A DNA stretch of 49,884 nucleotides, counting the filler, from Sphacelaria rigidula (Eukaryota), in the NCBI GenBank assembly GCA_964200075.2. It is 3 parts of 3 records of this genome, joined end to end, with 100 filler letters (N's around TTAATTAATTAA, not from the genome) between each part and the next. Parts side by side here need not be neighbours in the genome. Positions count along the whole stretch, not along the records: positions 33,329 to 49,884 come from CAXNAA020001314.1; 2 more parts are not named here. The stretch is one strand, 5' to 3'. Positions 33,329 through 46,900 of this stretch are shown one piece after another. Position numbers and translations under genes: made by a program. Under the pieces are notes generated by a model. It did not search any database, was not told where the DNA came from, and was given only the letters and a program-made list of their open reading frames with translations. How positions within the stretch are numbered: position 1 is the first letter of the stretch; each line of letters opens with the position of its first letter.

Positions 33329-34499
33329 CCCCCCCCCAACGTCCTTGGTCTGGTGACTATGGCATGCATGATCATAAGTACCCCCCCCCACGCTCCCCCT
33401 TCACACCTCGCGTGCGTCGCTGCGTCCGCCTTCCTCGCCTTGGCACCGATGTGTTCACGAAACGCAATATCAGCGTTGGCTGGTACTCGGCCCAGGACAG
33501 CCGTACCGGTCAACGATAGCGACGCGCAGTTAGTAGGAGAGTCCACCGGCGACGCGTCCTGGTTGCGCACGACGGGCCTCGGAATCGTGGCCTACATGCT
33601 TTACAGGTACGGGGGAATACGCGTAGATGCCGCGTAGGGATGCAGGACGATTGTTGGTCCGATGTGATTTTTGATGGACCACAGCGTCGACACTGTCACT
33701 GATGAATCACGTCAAGTGCCATCACCTACAGTCCTCCCTAGGTGGTGTGTAGTAAGAACGGAAGTTGTCCGGATGTGATTGTCGATGTTGTGATCGTGGT
33801 CCGTTGGTATCTAATTAATCGCATCAAATCGCGGACGTGTTTCCGAAAAAGCGACTGTTGTACTTACTGCCATTGCTAACCTTTTCGAAACGGACAGCCG
33901 TTATGTTGGACCCCAACACTTGCTATTCGCGTGTTGCTTAGAATAATTTTCTCAGTCTCCGATCATGTATTTTCGAGTATGGGCTTCTTGATGATTCGCT
34001 GACAAGGGGGTTAGCGACGGCAGCTTCCCTACCGTGGACACGTGGCAGCCCTGTCGCTTCTGAAGTCGTTGAGCAACGTATACCAAAACCATGTGTGAAT
34101 GTGAGCAGCGATAGCCTTCTGCAAGACCTATTTGGTCACTCTGACCTTCTGTTTCCTCGGGGGTTACTTCCCCCCCCAATGGTCTTAACGCGGAAGAACA
34201 CCTGGAGATTTACGGAGGGTTTAGAGAGGGGATGGGGGTTCAAACATATCTGCATGACCCAATGGACGCCGCGAATAAAATGAAACTGTGATTTCGAGTA
34301 GGAGACCTGGACCTGCCGGAGAGAAGTAAGAGGTGTACCAGTGGTCGAGTGGACGAGGAAGTAGATGGACAGAACTGCCTCTGTGGCAAAGGAATATAGA
34401 GCAGAAGTCATGTTTGTTTTTGTGCAATGTATGGAAGAAATGTAATGAGCGCCAAAATGTTGGAGGTGTCTCTATTGGGAGTAGGAACGATACTCCATC

Positions 34500-34568
34500 T
34501 CGCAAGGGATGCGTGATCAATGGGGAAACGACTGAGGCAAGCAAGAAATGAATACCCTCCCCCCCCCC
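34500..34568 (+). repeat. Dispersed repeat shared with 42203-42275
   Basis: AAGGGATGCGTG.TC.ATGG..A.ACGACT.AGGCAAGCAA.AAATGA.TAC followed by a C run at both loci. Confidence 0.6.
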
Positions 34569-37500
34569 TTTTCATGTCGGACTGGGGAGTGAACGTTTTC
34601 ATCACCATGATTTACAGCATCGAGAACAACGACTTTTACAGTGCGGCTTACTGAGGACGTAAGGTTTTTATCAAGTGACAGGGAGACGGCGCCAAGACGT
34701 TTTCCCAACGGCAATTCCTACTTCTGCGTCATCAGTAGTACAGTGGTTGCTGATGGGTTCATTGCTCTGAATTACCTTCGCGAGATACCCATGCCAATGC
34801 GTTGTCACCGCTGTAAAGTGGAATCGCGCCTTCTGACCCCCGGTCATCGCTTACCCACGGGTCGTTGGTTATCCCCGAGTCGTCATGTGGTCCCCTTAGG
34901 TATCTATGGAGCCTCAGCACGTCCAACACCCTTGGGTGGAGCCCCACGAGGTGTCACGTGGGAACGTTGACATGGGAATGTCCATTGTTTTTGCCCCTGG
35001 AGGCGTGCCCATCGAGCCGAAGCACCTCAAAGATCCCTCTGGGGTCTCGGCGTTTTCTCGTGGTACATACATCCGGTTCTGTGACACATTTCGACGGGAG
35101 TATATATGGCGTGCGAAAGTTTGCTGTTTTTTCCCCTGTCGGCGGTTCTTGAGCGTGTCGTTTACTCGTCGCCGTTTGTGCCTTCCGTTTAGCAGCGGGG
35201 CGTCCAAGACTGTCGCCCGATTACCAATACAGCAAGGACGCCGTGTGCGCTACTTTTTGCAACGTGACCGCCTACTGAATATACTCGGCGCTACGATGTG
35301 GTGTTTTTGCCCCTCTTATGTTTTTTCTGGCTCGTGCATTGCTCGCGCCAGCCTGCTTGCGAACATGGAGTTTTCTTGGGGCGGAGATGAGGAAAAAGAA
35401 CCGGGGGGAGCAGCAGAGGGCGAGAGTGACGAGGATTGACCGTGCGCTCTAGTTTTGCTGTGTCCGTTCAAATCGGATGTCATCACCCCACAAGGGTACT
35501 TCCGCGGCTTGCCCACCCCCCCTCACACCCACCCCCCACACTCCCCACCGCCCCCCCCCCCCCCCCCCCNNNNNNNNNNCCCTTGTCTTTTGTTGGTTTC
35601 GCCCAAAACCGCGTTCTCCCCCCCCCCAGGGGGGTTCCCCCGCGCGGCCCCCCCCCCCCCCCCCCTCACATCCTGTTGTCGCGTCGGATGTGTTCTGTTG
35701 CCGCACAGAGGTGGTACATTACCTTGTCTCTGCTTCCGATGTTGCGTCCGACGTGCAGTTTGCTTTCTGCACGGCGACCGGTATTATCTTCTGCCTCGCT
35801 GTCGTTAGTGGTGCGGTATCGATGGTGTTGTGTCAAGCTGTGAAACATGGCGCGGGAAATCGACGAATGCCGTACTGTGAACGGTTGGCCGTTGCAGCTC
35901 GAGAGTTCTTTATGGATACATTATGGATACATTGGATGGCTGGTGAACTGCATTGGACGGACATCATTGAGTGGGGAAGAACGGGAATCCTGTCGGTGAA
36001 GAAGATATTTAACCTACTGGATAAACTGTAGGACATTGTTACAGGGTATTATTCAGCTATCAGATATGGCTCCATACAAGCAGACCGAACCGTGCGACTG
36101 CTACACTGTGCATTACTAGGCGTATTCTCGTACACGACAGCCACCTCCTTTACGTTTGCCGTCCGACTTTGAAGCGTCTTCCTCCATTCTTACGGATTGT
36201 TTTTTTACCGGCTGCGTAGCTACATTGTTCGAGGCAGTCTGCGCTGCTTCGTTGCCTGAGTGCAGACTGCTGGTACAATTGAACCGCTATAGGGCAGATC
36301 TATAGTAAGACGGATCTCCCCCCGCGAATGCCGTTGCAGACGACTAGCGAGTAATATCGTATAAATCTCGGCACCACGCTGAAGCCTTTCCGACAAGCCG
36401 CGGCATCTGCACCACTGCTTTCAACGTGATTTCGTAGCGAATGTGGCACGTGGGTTTCCTGAGGACAATCATTTGGAATCGCCGTCGCCTTGCTGGCTGC
36501 AAATATTTGCGGTACAACGGGCACATGACTATCCGTAATTCTTATTTCCGATTGCCGCTTCTGCGCTCGGCTCTGAATTTCCGAGGAACTTTATAGCCGC
36601 GACAGAACGTGACAGAGCAATTATTTGCCCCCCCCCTTCCCCCCCCCCCAGCGCACTTTTCTTCGCGCGGACTCCAACCTGCTATACAGGTCAGGGCACC
36701 CCCATTGTGCGTGTTGTTCGGGCATCTACGGTATTCTTGGAGTTGTTCCTAATCCTATCCCCCCCTACTGCCTTCCTTTGTGCGGACTACAACCTGTTTT
36801 GAAGGATACCGGACCCCTCTTGCCGCCATTACCCTCGCAAATTCTACATCTCTGGATATTTTCTGGTCCCCCCTTCCCTTTTTTCGTACCCCCTCTCCAA
36901 GTGTTCCCCTTAGTCAAGAGTACAGCGACAGACAGTCGTTCTCCTCAGCCCTTCCTGACACATTTGACAAGTGACATGCCGCGCCTTGCCCAGGTCGACG
37001 GATGAACAGCCGCTAAGACGGTCGAAGCGCACACGCTTGGAATTTACAGTCAGATACATGATTATGAATACGTCACTATTCGCAGACGCAAGCATGTAAC
37101 CTGGGTTTATTTGAGCCTCGATAGAAAGCCTGTTGGAGCTGAAACTGAGTCAGCGACGGGCAGTGCAGCGCCACACGTACTTGTCGGCTGGAAACGGGTA
37201 TTTTCTGTGCGTACCCGCTTGTGCTTGCCGAGTTCAAAATGCTCGAAACCCTGGAGTCCGAGGGCTACCGTCAGGGCCCTGTGTGCATCAACTCACCAAG
37301 TGATCGTGGAAACCCGCGCAGACGGCGCATGTCTTCGTAGCTTACGAAAGGTTGGCAAGCCAGGAAGGCTGCGTAAAAGCACCGGCGAGCCTTTATGAAG
37401 GGACCGCTGCCCTCTCTGCATCGTTCTATCTGTACCTGCTGGGCTACTGTTCGACGCCATCCACTGTACCGATCGAACAAGGCTTGACGTGTCCGTGACG

Positions 37501-37752
37501 CGTTATGCTGATACCTCGCGATCTCGAGAGTATTGCCGGTCACGAGTGATTGCGTGCAACCTTGCAACAGATCATGGAGCAGAAACGACACCAAAATTCG
37601 AATACTTGCTATTCTTTCATGTGTGCAAGGATGCACCTCCGGCTGCAGGGTCGTGATCCATGCGTCCGAAGATGTGCGCAGTGTCCACATGATCGTATTC
37701 TCTCTGTACTCTCGTCTGTTCTCGTCCCTGACCGAAGGGCGAACGGAACAAT

Positions 37753-38179
37753 CACGGGATTTTACAAACTGGGGATTGATCTTGTATTGGGGATGAAAAC
37801 CCGGAGAATCAAAGTCTTCGTATCCACACCAAACCAACGAAGCATGCTTCCATTTCTTCAATTGCTGGTAGCTATTGACAACTACTATACGCCATACAAG
37901 ATTTGGATTTCGATAACCGAAATGTCGGGGTCCTAGGTGGAAAAACAATCTTGGGGGATTGTAGGTGTCCGATCGGACGCCAAAATTGGTTTTTACCCAG
38001 GACCCCGACATATCGGTTTTCGAAATCCAAATTCGTAGGGCGTGTAGTGGTTGTCAATAGCTACCAGCAAGTGAAGAAATGGAAGCATACTTCGAAGGTT
38101 TGGTGTGGATACGAAGATTTTGATTCTCCGGGTTTTCATCCCCAATGAAAGATCCATTCCCCATTTGTAAAATTCCGTG
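37753..38179. mobile_element. Palindromic foldback/MITE element, copy 2 (~427 bp)
   Basis: CACGGGATTTTACAAA...TTTGTAAAATTCCGTG ends. Shares GTATCCACACCAAA, TAGCTATTGACAACTACT, GGGGTCCTAG and the central GGTGTCCG..CGGAC.CC hairpin with copy 1. Confidence 0.9.
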
Positions 38180-41100
38180 TTGACAGCATAGCACAGCTGA
38201 CAACGAGTGGCACACGGTGGCGCTAGCGGGGTCACGAACGTTTTCTTAGTAAACAACGAGGTCTTGTACCACTGATTCCAACATGAGGAAGTTCTGGCGC
38301 GGCGTCCGCACGAGAGTCAGCGATCGACTTGATGCGTCTGCTAACTCGGAAATTCGGGCTCACGTCTAAGCGCGATCTCGGTCTGAAATACTCGCGGTGG
38401 TGTGATCGGCATCCATGTTTGCAACAAACCCCGCTCTCTCTATGCCCCTTGCTTCACCGCTGTTCTACACCGCAGTGGGTGAGTACGGCAGGCCAGAGCA
38501 ACCCAAGTACGTACGCAAGCCTTCGGGTGAGGGGCCATTGTCAATCTCGAAACACTTCTATCTCTGAGACGCAACGGCACGCAGTCCTAGCGCTCAGCAT
38601 GAACATATGAGATCTGATAGGAGGGGGTGAGATCAAGGAGAAGCCCCCACGGGATACCTTTTCTGCCGTTCATCATTCATGACATATTCTCTCCCGCAAA
38701 CAACGCCTTGGCACTTCTCATTTCTGTCACACCTCTCGAGCCGTGTCGCGTTAGATGCCAGTGGATCATTGCGTGTGCAGACGGGGCACCGCGAACTGTA
38801 GGGTACCCGCTGGGCGTCAGGGTGTACGGGGTACTTATCGATGATGCATGCATCTGATGGCGTGCGGGTATGGGACAGGGGTATGTAGTAGGAGTCTCGG
38901 ATTCGAGCTACGTTGGGTGTATCAACCACGAGAAATAGAGGGAGCAACCGGGCAGACGTTGGTCAGAGGCAAACCGGGCTAGATTTGAACATGGGGTCGA
39001 CGTACACGGTGCGCGGGAGCGCAAACTGAGTGCGGCGTGACAGGGGAGGAGATGGGTGTCGACGAAGCTGCTCTTGATGGAAGCAGGAGTCGCCGTTACG
39101 GAGGGGTTCCATGAATAATGTGCGGCTATACCTAAGGTCGCCGCAATCGTGAGAGACATTGGGAATACACCTACCTATTGTCGACGAGAAAAGGGTACAC
39201 GAACAACGGGGTTTGGTCTTCCTCGTTTTCGGCGCGCCGCCTGTCTTGTGTTGCGATACTTGTTCGATAACACCGGGGATATGTATCTCGTGCCACATCG
39301 TAGTTTGTTCGTGGAATTGTCCGAGCTGCTGACCATGTTTGATTGTCGTGGTGGCTACAAGGGTCTACCGGGAGGAAAATGCTGAACACGTAGGCCCAAA
39401 GATCGAACATTTGAATTTTGAGGGGGGCGCGCGCGGGGGGGAGGGGGGGACTCAGCCTGTTATCCGCTAGTTTAGAGACGAGGCGTTGGTGATTGCGGTC
39501 AGCAGCTATGTACACAGATTCTTGGCATGGAGACCGCTGAGATGGCGGACACTCCGCCCCCCCACGCTCATCTTCAGCAGCTCCCTCTGATACCGAAGAT
39601 TCTCATGTATCTTCTGGAGCCGCCACTTCTTTGGCAACAGGCTGTCGCTACCGTGCGCTTGTGTACATATATGTTTGTGAGCATGGCCGGCATCCAAGGT
39701 CATCGGGACAGGGCGGTCAAGGAGCAGAAGCAAGTATGCGAACGTCGCAATGCCCACCAGGCTTTCCTGTTTCTGTAGGCGTTTCTTGATCAATTCCTTC
39801 AATATTTGACAAAAAAACAAACAAAAATCGTCACAATTTTCGGGAAAATGCCCTTCGGGAGGGGAGGGGGGATGAGGGGGGGGCTTCGTGTCCAGAACTT
39901 TTCTCTCGGTAGACCCTTGTTGGCTTTTGATACGCATTCACCCCCCTCCAGGGTAGATGTACGTGGCGCTTAGGACGGACTACCAATCATAATGTGTAAC
40001 AAAGGGGTATGATCGTGTTTAGTGCTGAAAGATTGAAAGACGTCCCGAGCCGTCCTTCGCCGCCACTACATCTATGCTTCAGCTGAGGGTTTATTGCACG
40101 CCTACAACAACCATCCCCGGTAATGCATCCTTTATCGGATGCGCGATCGGTGACTTCATTCATTATGCGCCAGGCGATCAACGGCGTGCAGAAAACATTA
40201 AAACGACGACGTCGTGAAGATTGCGTCATGAAGTAGATCATCAGCGCAGTGTACCCATACCTGTCTGTGACTTTATACACCTGGCTCCTCACTTTGTGGG
40301 CATCAGATCCGCCATATCTCCATCTCAAAATGATCGGCGCATTTCCCACGAAGAAACGGTCGACAGGTGAATGACAAACATTATTATGCTTCGTATGAAG
40401 ATGAGGAACCAACGCAGTATCCCCAATGATGGGTGGCGGCGACTAAACATTCGGGTGCAAGGTATCAGGCAAATTGCCTGCGTCGTGGCTCTGCGCCCGC
40501 AGCCGCAGCCGACGGTGCGTGATCGTCTTGATCCGAACTGTACTTCCGCGTGGCTCCAAACATCCTGTGTGACTGTTCAGTTTCAGTTGCATGACTGAGG
40601 CAGCAGGACAGAGTCACAAGAGTCGAAGGTAGGGAGAGAACGACCAGTGGAAGAGGTCACCAAACGTGAAGGAGGGACAGCAACAACAACAAACACCGCA
40701 CCGCTCCAACTTCCATGGTCGAACCAAGCGTACAGATCACGTCTTGGGCATGGTGTTCACGAGTTTTGCAATGCGGATGAAATAAAAATCACGACGAACG
40801 CCGATTTAGCGAGCTTCGGATATACCGCATCGATGTTGCGACATCCAACGTAGGTATTGCCCATGTATGGCCGGCGGCCTTTACAAGACCCATATAGGCT
40901 GGTTCAGGGCGAATGCCCAAATTGTATGCTCCGCTAGATAGAGATCGCAGAACGGGCCCGTTAGAAACATATTTGGCATCACAGTGATCTACACAAGCAA
41001 GCAAACAGTGCGGCATGGCCAGATATTTTCTCAAGACCTTTACCGTGGCGCTGGTAGTGGAATTGTTCGTCGGCCAGTACGTGGTCTTCAAACTTTCAAA

Positions 41101-41221
41101 AACAAATATGCGAATTCCCGACGCAACTCGTACCCAATCTCATCGTGAATCAAACCTTAGTAACCGTCATCAGCTAGGGAACCTAACCCAAGGAACTGAT
41201 TTGAAAACGATTTCTGTGGAA

Positions 41222-41579
41222 TCGAGTTAAACTCCAAAACGTGGCATTTCCGTGATGTGGGGTTTGGGCGTCGTCGGACTCCCACTGACAACATGTATCA
41301 AAGACCAAGAAAGCCTCTTGCCGTTTTCCCTTGTAACTTTTGTAGAAAAGCTCCGATCATCCTCAAATTTGGCAGGTTGGTAAAAACCGATGTTCGGAAG
41401 TGTGAAAGAGAATATTGGGGAACAATCCAACGGTTTATCCGCTCTCTACCGGCTTCTGGGGGTCCCAGCGTTAAGACCCCGAAAGTCGGTGCGGAATCCT
41501 TCAAAATAAAAAATTCGGACTTGACATGTCCCGAGGTAGTCCAAGAAATATTTGCACAAATTTTCGTTGCCTAACTCGA
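41222..41579. mobile_element. Possible non-autonomous DNA element with short inverted ends
   Basis: TCGAGTTA at 41222 and TAACTCGA at 41572-41579 bound an AT-richer non-coding block. No second copy in the window. Confidence 0.25.
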
Positions 41580-42928
41580 AAAGATTATCCCAAACGGTTG
41601 ATTAAAGCTCAAGCGCAGAAGGAAAACGTCTGCAGCACACTATAACCAAGTAATTAAGGGGATTCCGCGTACATTATATATTTTAACGCATAAACGAGCG
41701 AATGCTCAAACCGTTTTTTCTAACTAAACCCTGAAATTTCGCACACGGGAGCTGTGAAATATTTAGGAAGGCTGTTGGAATCGAGTATTTCGATTTTTTG
41801 TTTTCGCCAGATATCCGGAGGGAGGGAGGAAGACCCCATTCATCTATGTATGCATCCCAGGAGCAGTTTTTCACGAGCGAGACGAGCGACAAGTAACCGG
41901 CAAAACGGTGCGGCACGGTGGAAAAGGGGGTGACATGGTTCATGATGAAATAGCACCGACAAGAACCAGAATCGTCTGCGATGCGCCGTCTGGAGAGATG
42001 AGCTGCGTACAGAGCGAAAAGAAAACGAACCGACGAAGGGGTCGGGAGGAGAAAGAAAATGAAGCCGGAAAATGAACGGGAGCCCCCTGCACCACTGCAC
42101 TGCAAGAGAAGAAACGAAGATGGAGCAGGCGAAGCGCATGGCGAGATTCATGACCGACTGACGACACCGCCCTCCTCTCCTTCCCCTCCCCTGTCCTCCG
42201 TCTCGAAAGGGATGCGTGGTCGATGGTCACACGACTAAGGCAAGCAACAAATGAGTACGCACAATCCCCCCCCCCCCCCCCCGCCCCCACCGCCCCTCGC
42301 CTCCTTTTTCCTTATGTTGTTCTTTGTTTTTTTNNNNNNNNNNGGGGGGGGGACTCCAGCCTAAGGGAAGCAAAAAAAGAGGCCCCCCCCCCCCCCCCCC
42401 CCCTGTCCTTTTCATGTTGTGTTGTCTTTTGTCTCGTTCTTGGTTTAGTTTGTTCTTGTTTGTCTAGCTTTATCTTGTACTGTCCTCCCCTGTTCTGGCC
42501 AGTTTTGATTCGCTCCGTCTCCCTTTTTGTAGGCTCGTTACTTGGTCCCATCATCCTTCGGCCCTTGTCACATCGTCTTATCGTGCTGTCCGCTGCCTTG
42601 CATCGTACCGCCTTGCCTTGGCCTGTCCTGACTTGTTTGGTGCACCGAACCATGTAGTTTCCCTACTTTGCCCTTTTGATCTCCTATGGCCCACGTACCA
42701 CGTAGCCGACAATGTTCTTCTTACCATTGTGTTTGTTCTTTCGAGCCGCAGGTATATTTTGGGCATTTTAATTTGTTCCGATAACGTGTGTGCAGAACCC
42801 CGTCCTTCGGGCCGCCATTTTTTTCCCTTTCCGTGAGCGTGTGATTCATTTCATCTTGTATCATGTCTATTTGTGCCATGGATTTGTGACTAGGGGCGCT
42901 AGATTCCCGGAATAGGGCTCATGTGATG

Positions 42929-42962
<34 letters not shown>

Positions 42963-42990
42963 GCAACAACAACAACAACAACAACAACAA
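42929..42990 (+). repeat. (AAC)n microsatellite, about 20 units; possibly a retroposon tail
   Basis: Direct reading; one CAG interruption. Confidence 0.9.
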
Positions 42991-43198
42991 AACTTGACTA
43001 CGGCATTTTCTGTCGCTCTTCTTAACCCTATCGTCCCTGGGGAAGAGTCCGTGATCTCAAGGGATTTACTTATCTCATCTTCGGTACGAGCCTTACATTT
43101 TGGTATCGCGGACCCGATTAGCTCTGGCGCTTCGCGTCGATTCTTGTCCAATAAGTGCAGTCGAGCGAGCTGTATCTGCCACTCACATCATCACGATT

Positions 43199-43871
43199 TG
43201 TGACATGATCGTGGCGCCATTGAATATGTTGTCCTTCGCCATTGTCCATGGAAGTAGATATCTTGATTATGGTAGACGGGTCGGAGAAGGATCCTGCGAA
43301 GTCAAGCCACGTGTGTATATCCCTGTTTGATAGGAGTTTTCAAGGGATATTATTGGGCAGATGATATATCTGGCTCAACGTTGGAATGTTGGCGTTGTGG
43401 TTGATGAGTATCTTTGGTTACGAGTGATGTATCTTTTGAGTCATGACTGTGAGATTTCAGTAATTGTCCCTCGTTCGGCTTTCCAACTCCCTCGTTCGGC
43501 CACTAGCTCATCCAACCGTCTTCAGCCGACAACCGAAAAAATGCACGGCGTGAAGTTAATCCATGCTATCCATCAGGATTTGGGGGGCGTCTTCGTCGAA
43601 CGGGCACCGTGTGAAGGGTTATACGTATTTGGGGTGTACGGTACCGTTGTGTGTCACTCATATTTTGATGTATTGGTTGTAACTTGGAGTGCTCCGCACT
43701 TCGAGCGTGTTCGATTTGACGCTAAGGATAACGATGGTCACCAACGCCTCGTATTGCCATACCTGGATTCTTGTAAGATATGGGGCTTCAGCTGGATGGT
43801 ATGCTCGTGCTGCCATAAACTATGTTACCCTTGGTCATTGTCCATGAACTAGGTAAAACAATGTCATGACA
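43199..43871. mobile_element. LTR-like direct repeat, copy 1 (TGTGAC...ATGACA)
   Basis: Aligns along its length to ~48531-49183 (TCCTTCGCCATTGTCCATGGAAGTAGATATC, CAACTCCCTCGTTCGGCCACTAGCTCATCC, CTTGGAGTGCTCCGCA, ATACCTGGATTC). TG..CA ends. Confidence 0.55.
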
Positions 43872-44559
43872 AACGGTCGAGAGAAGACTATTGTCAGGTG
43901 AACATGTGTATATATACTAAAAGCTGACCTGGATCTTTCAGGAAAATTCCTGGGCAGGTATTCGGTTGTTATCGCTGCTGAAGGTGTGTTGAATGGCGTA
44001 CGATATCTTCAATATGGTGGTGGTCGTTGTTGGTGTCGTGGTGCACAGGCAGTAAGTAGATAGTTCGTGGTCATCAGGACTGAAGTTGGGCAGAAGTATA
44101 ACATGGTTGGTGGGGTATTTTCTCGGCGCATCTGCTGCAACGGGGTTTTCTGCACGGTCATCTAAAGTATCCCGCCTTCGGTGACGCGTATAGCGCACCA
44201 AAGGTTAGGCTTCTCGGGGAGCTATTGGAAAGTGGTCTCGGACAATCCCACCTAGGTTATACCCTCGGCGCATCACCGGGTCTGCCACTCGAGGTTCCAT
44301 TCCAACCCATGAGCAACGAAAAGCACAGGTTCCTTGCGGGTGCGACCCTTCAAGGAGTAATCACGCTCATCAAACCAAGGAAACCAAGCACCGAAGCCGT
44401 TCTGTGGCGGGTATGTGGTCGATCTGGTACCGAAACTATTTTGCGGCGGGTGTGTGGTCTTAGATTTGGCATCCTAACGAAGGGTCGCGGGGACAGCAAC
44501 CAGCGTACCAAAGGATGTGCCTTCTCCCAGTGCGTTCGTAACTGCACTACATGGCTTGC

Positions 44560-44710
44560 AGTCCCACAGGGAGAAATAAATAATCTATGGTTACTATACC
44601 ACGTGGAGATGGAACTGGGTGATCAGGTTCCGGACAAGAAAGTTTGGGTTGGTCACGGTCCAACCTGCAGTCACGCAGTGTCACACGTTATTTTGGAAGC
44701 TAACCATAGG
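44560..44710 (-). mobile_element. Possible Gypsy integrase N-terminal fragment on the minus strand
   Basis: Translation ..HPVPSPRGIVTIDYLFLP resembles the PLPxP...xxDFxxxLP start of the rve domain. Confidence 0.35.
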
Positions 44711-44740
44711 GTGGGAGGTATCGCCGACGTCCCTGTGTAC

Positions 44741-46135
44741 ACCTACATTCCACATTGGGGTGCACCCAAACGATAATTGTCCGACAGCGGCCCGCATTTT
44801 TCCAGCAAACCTTCTACAGTAGTCAGTGATCTCACCGCATTCCCACTAGTTCGTATTACCCATTTACCAATGGGTGAACGGGGGGACTAATCATACCATG
44901 GAACAATTACTTGCAGCTGTGACAAACGAACGACAAATGGACTGGAACCTACATATGCCCTTGTTCATATGAAGTACAACAAGGCGATCAATGGCACCAA
45001 GGGATTGCCCCCCCATGAAGTTTATATTGATCGTATGCCTTGGCTGCCACTTACGGTTTCAGATGGGAAAAACACCGGTGCATACCAGAGTTTGGATAGA
45101 TGTATCGTGGAGTACCGTGTGTCCGTCAGAAATCACCTACCCCATGCATGTAAAGTGGCACGAGAGCACAACTAAGTCAAAATCGCGAAGCGTGCCAGGG
45201 TAAACGCGGTGTTGGATTATTTGGTGCAAAAACGCCCCGTGTAGAAAATTGGAGAAAATGCGGGCGTAGAACGAACAGGGGATGCCGAGAAATGAGAACA
45301 AGGTTTTTTCGTTCATGGGTGCTCGGAATTGTGGAAAATAGGACCTTCCCTACGGTACCTTATACGGCACTTTGTGGGGTCTTCTGTACTGTTGGCCTTC
45401 GAAGGTACTTTCTAGGAGAGTGGGGATGCCTCTGAGGTTGAGGGGCTTCTCTGAGGTACCTTGGAGAATATGATTTCCCATATTTTTTGCACTGAGTCTT
45501 AGAAAGGTATTATTTCCCTCATTTGTTTTTTGGCTGCGTTATTTGATAGAAGGGGAAGATAGGGGGTGGGATGGTACTGTTTCCCACGATTCCAAGCACT
45601 ATTCTCGTCTTTCATTCCCATAAACAACTTCGTTCCCATTTTCCGGAATCCCCTGCTACCGATGTGAAGACCGCCAATCAAGGGGCTAGTTACAAGGTAA
45701 ACTCTTTGGACCAGCTGCTGAAAGCGAAGCTCTCCTTGAATTTGTCTGGCCCTTGGGAAATTTCTGCTGTCGGCCCGAGTGCTACCATACCAGACAAAAA
45801 TCTGGGGAGAGCGAGAGTATGTATATCTTGATTCGCACGGACGTTCTTGGCTTGAAGCCGAAGAACCGCGTCTGGATGCTACGGTGTAAACCGTGTCTGC
45901 CACTCACGACACCACTGGCATGCCGAAACAACTTTCGTTGGGGCTCAGTCAGTATGTGTTGACCAGGTATTCGATCAGAACACTGCCATACCGTGCGACG
46001 TTGGAGAATGTGGACGCACCTCTTGAACGTGCAGCCGTGGACCGGATCTTGGGCCATCAATTAGTGCAAGTAGCGGTTATGCATCAAGTGCCTTCGAAGG
46101 GTATTATGCGTTTTACATGGAAACGCGAAGTGTAA
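44741..46135 (+). mobile_element. Degenerate Ty3/Gypsy integrase (rve core and C-terminal region), interrupted by a MITE
   Basis: YIPHWGAPKR*LSDSGPHF..TSSYY..NHTMEQLLAAVTNERQMDWNLHMP..YNKAI..GLPPHEV..RMPWLPLT. After the insertion: LKAKLSLNLSGPWEISAVGP..RCKPC..LSQYVL..VDRILGHQLV. Confidence 0.8.
45276..45655. mobile_element. hAT-like MITE nested in the Gypsy integrase
   Basis: TIRs CAGGGGATGCCGAGAAATGAGAAC / GTTCCCATTTTCCGGAATCCCCTG plus inner inverted GTGCT.GGAAT.GTGG.AA. The integrase reading resumes on both sides. TSD is decayed. Confidence 0.7.
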
Positions 46136-46249
46136 TTGCACCACCTTCCCCACTTATGCCACTTTCGCCAGGGAAGACTGCTGTATTGGATAGGAGATAT
46201 CATGCAACAACCGTCCGATGAATTAAGGATACAGGTCTATGCGTAAGGG

Positions 46250-46900
46250 AGAGGCGACGCGGGAACTGGTACTGGAGCACGCAAAGTGGTTCGTCGTCGT
46301 AGACGATAACCTTGTTTCCCGTGTCTAATACATGAGTTCTTTCTGCAAGGAACGGTTGCCGAAGGGAACCCCTACTTCTGGTACAAAGCTTTGGATTCGC
46401 TTCGGTGGCTGAGAAACAGTCATTTGGAGGACCCTGCATCTGACGCCTCCTACTGAATTCGTTTTCTGGATGGCCAAGATCCCCTCAAAATCCGTCTGGA
46501 CGACGCCCATTGCCGACCTGCTGTCGCGGGCTCTGTATCTTTAGCGTCACGACAACGGCGACCTCGACAAAGCCGTCCTTCTCAACACAGACACCACGTG
46601 GGAAGTACAAGAACCATGATGCCACTGCGATTCTGTCTCCCCTTCCTACCCGTTGCGTGGTGCACCCCGTTTGTATGGCTTGTCTGGTGCCCGCGTGTGT
46701 TGTATTTGAAGTCCTACTTTTTGTATACATTTTCCGGGTAGGGTCTGGCATGTGCTCCATATAACCCTTGTCTCTTGTAGGCTTTAATATTGGAGTGTCG
46801 CGTCGACTGGGTTGAAAAATGAAAGTTTCTCCTGACCATCGAGCTTGGACACTTTGACCCCCTTGTATGCGCACGTCGTAAACGCACAACCGATTCCATT
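46250..46900 (-). mobile_element. Highly decayed Gypsy RT/RNase H remnants
   Basis: SWFLYFPRGVCVEKDG resembles SPWxxPxxxVxKKDG. GNKVIVYDDEPL resembles GxxFxVxTDHxPL. Many stops and frameshifts. Confidence 0.4.

Larger units (their letters stand above)
32277..33385. repeat. Local direct duplication (32277-32500 versus 33143-33385), second copy spanning the scaffold gap
   Basis: GCTGTCATCC.AAATGC.AGAT.ATCAG.AGGC..C.GGCC.AACAATC.TAGCAGGA.GC.GCTCACCCTTCA.GCGACTCGC and TGACTATGGCATGCA.GATCAT.AGTAC occur in both. Confidence 0.7.

Noticed and set aside
37290..37350. Minus-strand TKTCAVCAGFHDHL resembling a TnpB/Fanzor zinc-finger half
   Set aside because: Bounded by stops. No upstream RuvC motifs and no downstream CxxC..DRDxNA motif.
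39243..39332. VLCCDTCS...WNCPSC resembling a PHD finger
   Set aside because: Cys/His spacing is wrong, the first CxxC is missing and there is no supporting ORF or splice context.
42867..43151. Poly-Cys ORF
   Set aside because: Translation of the (AAC)n microsatellite.
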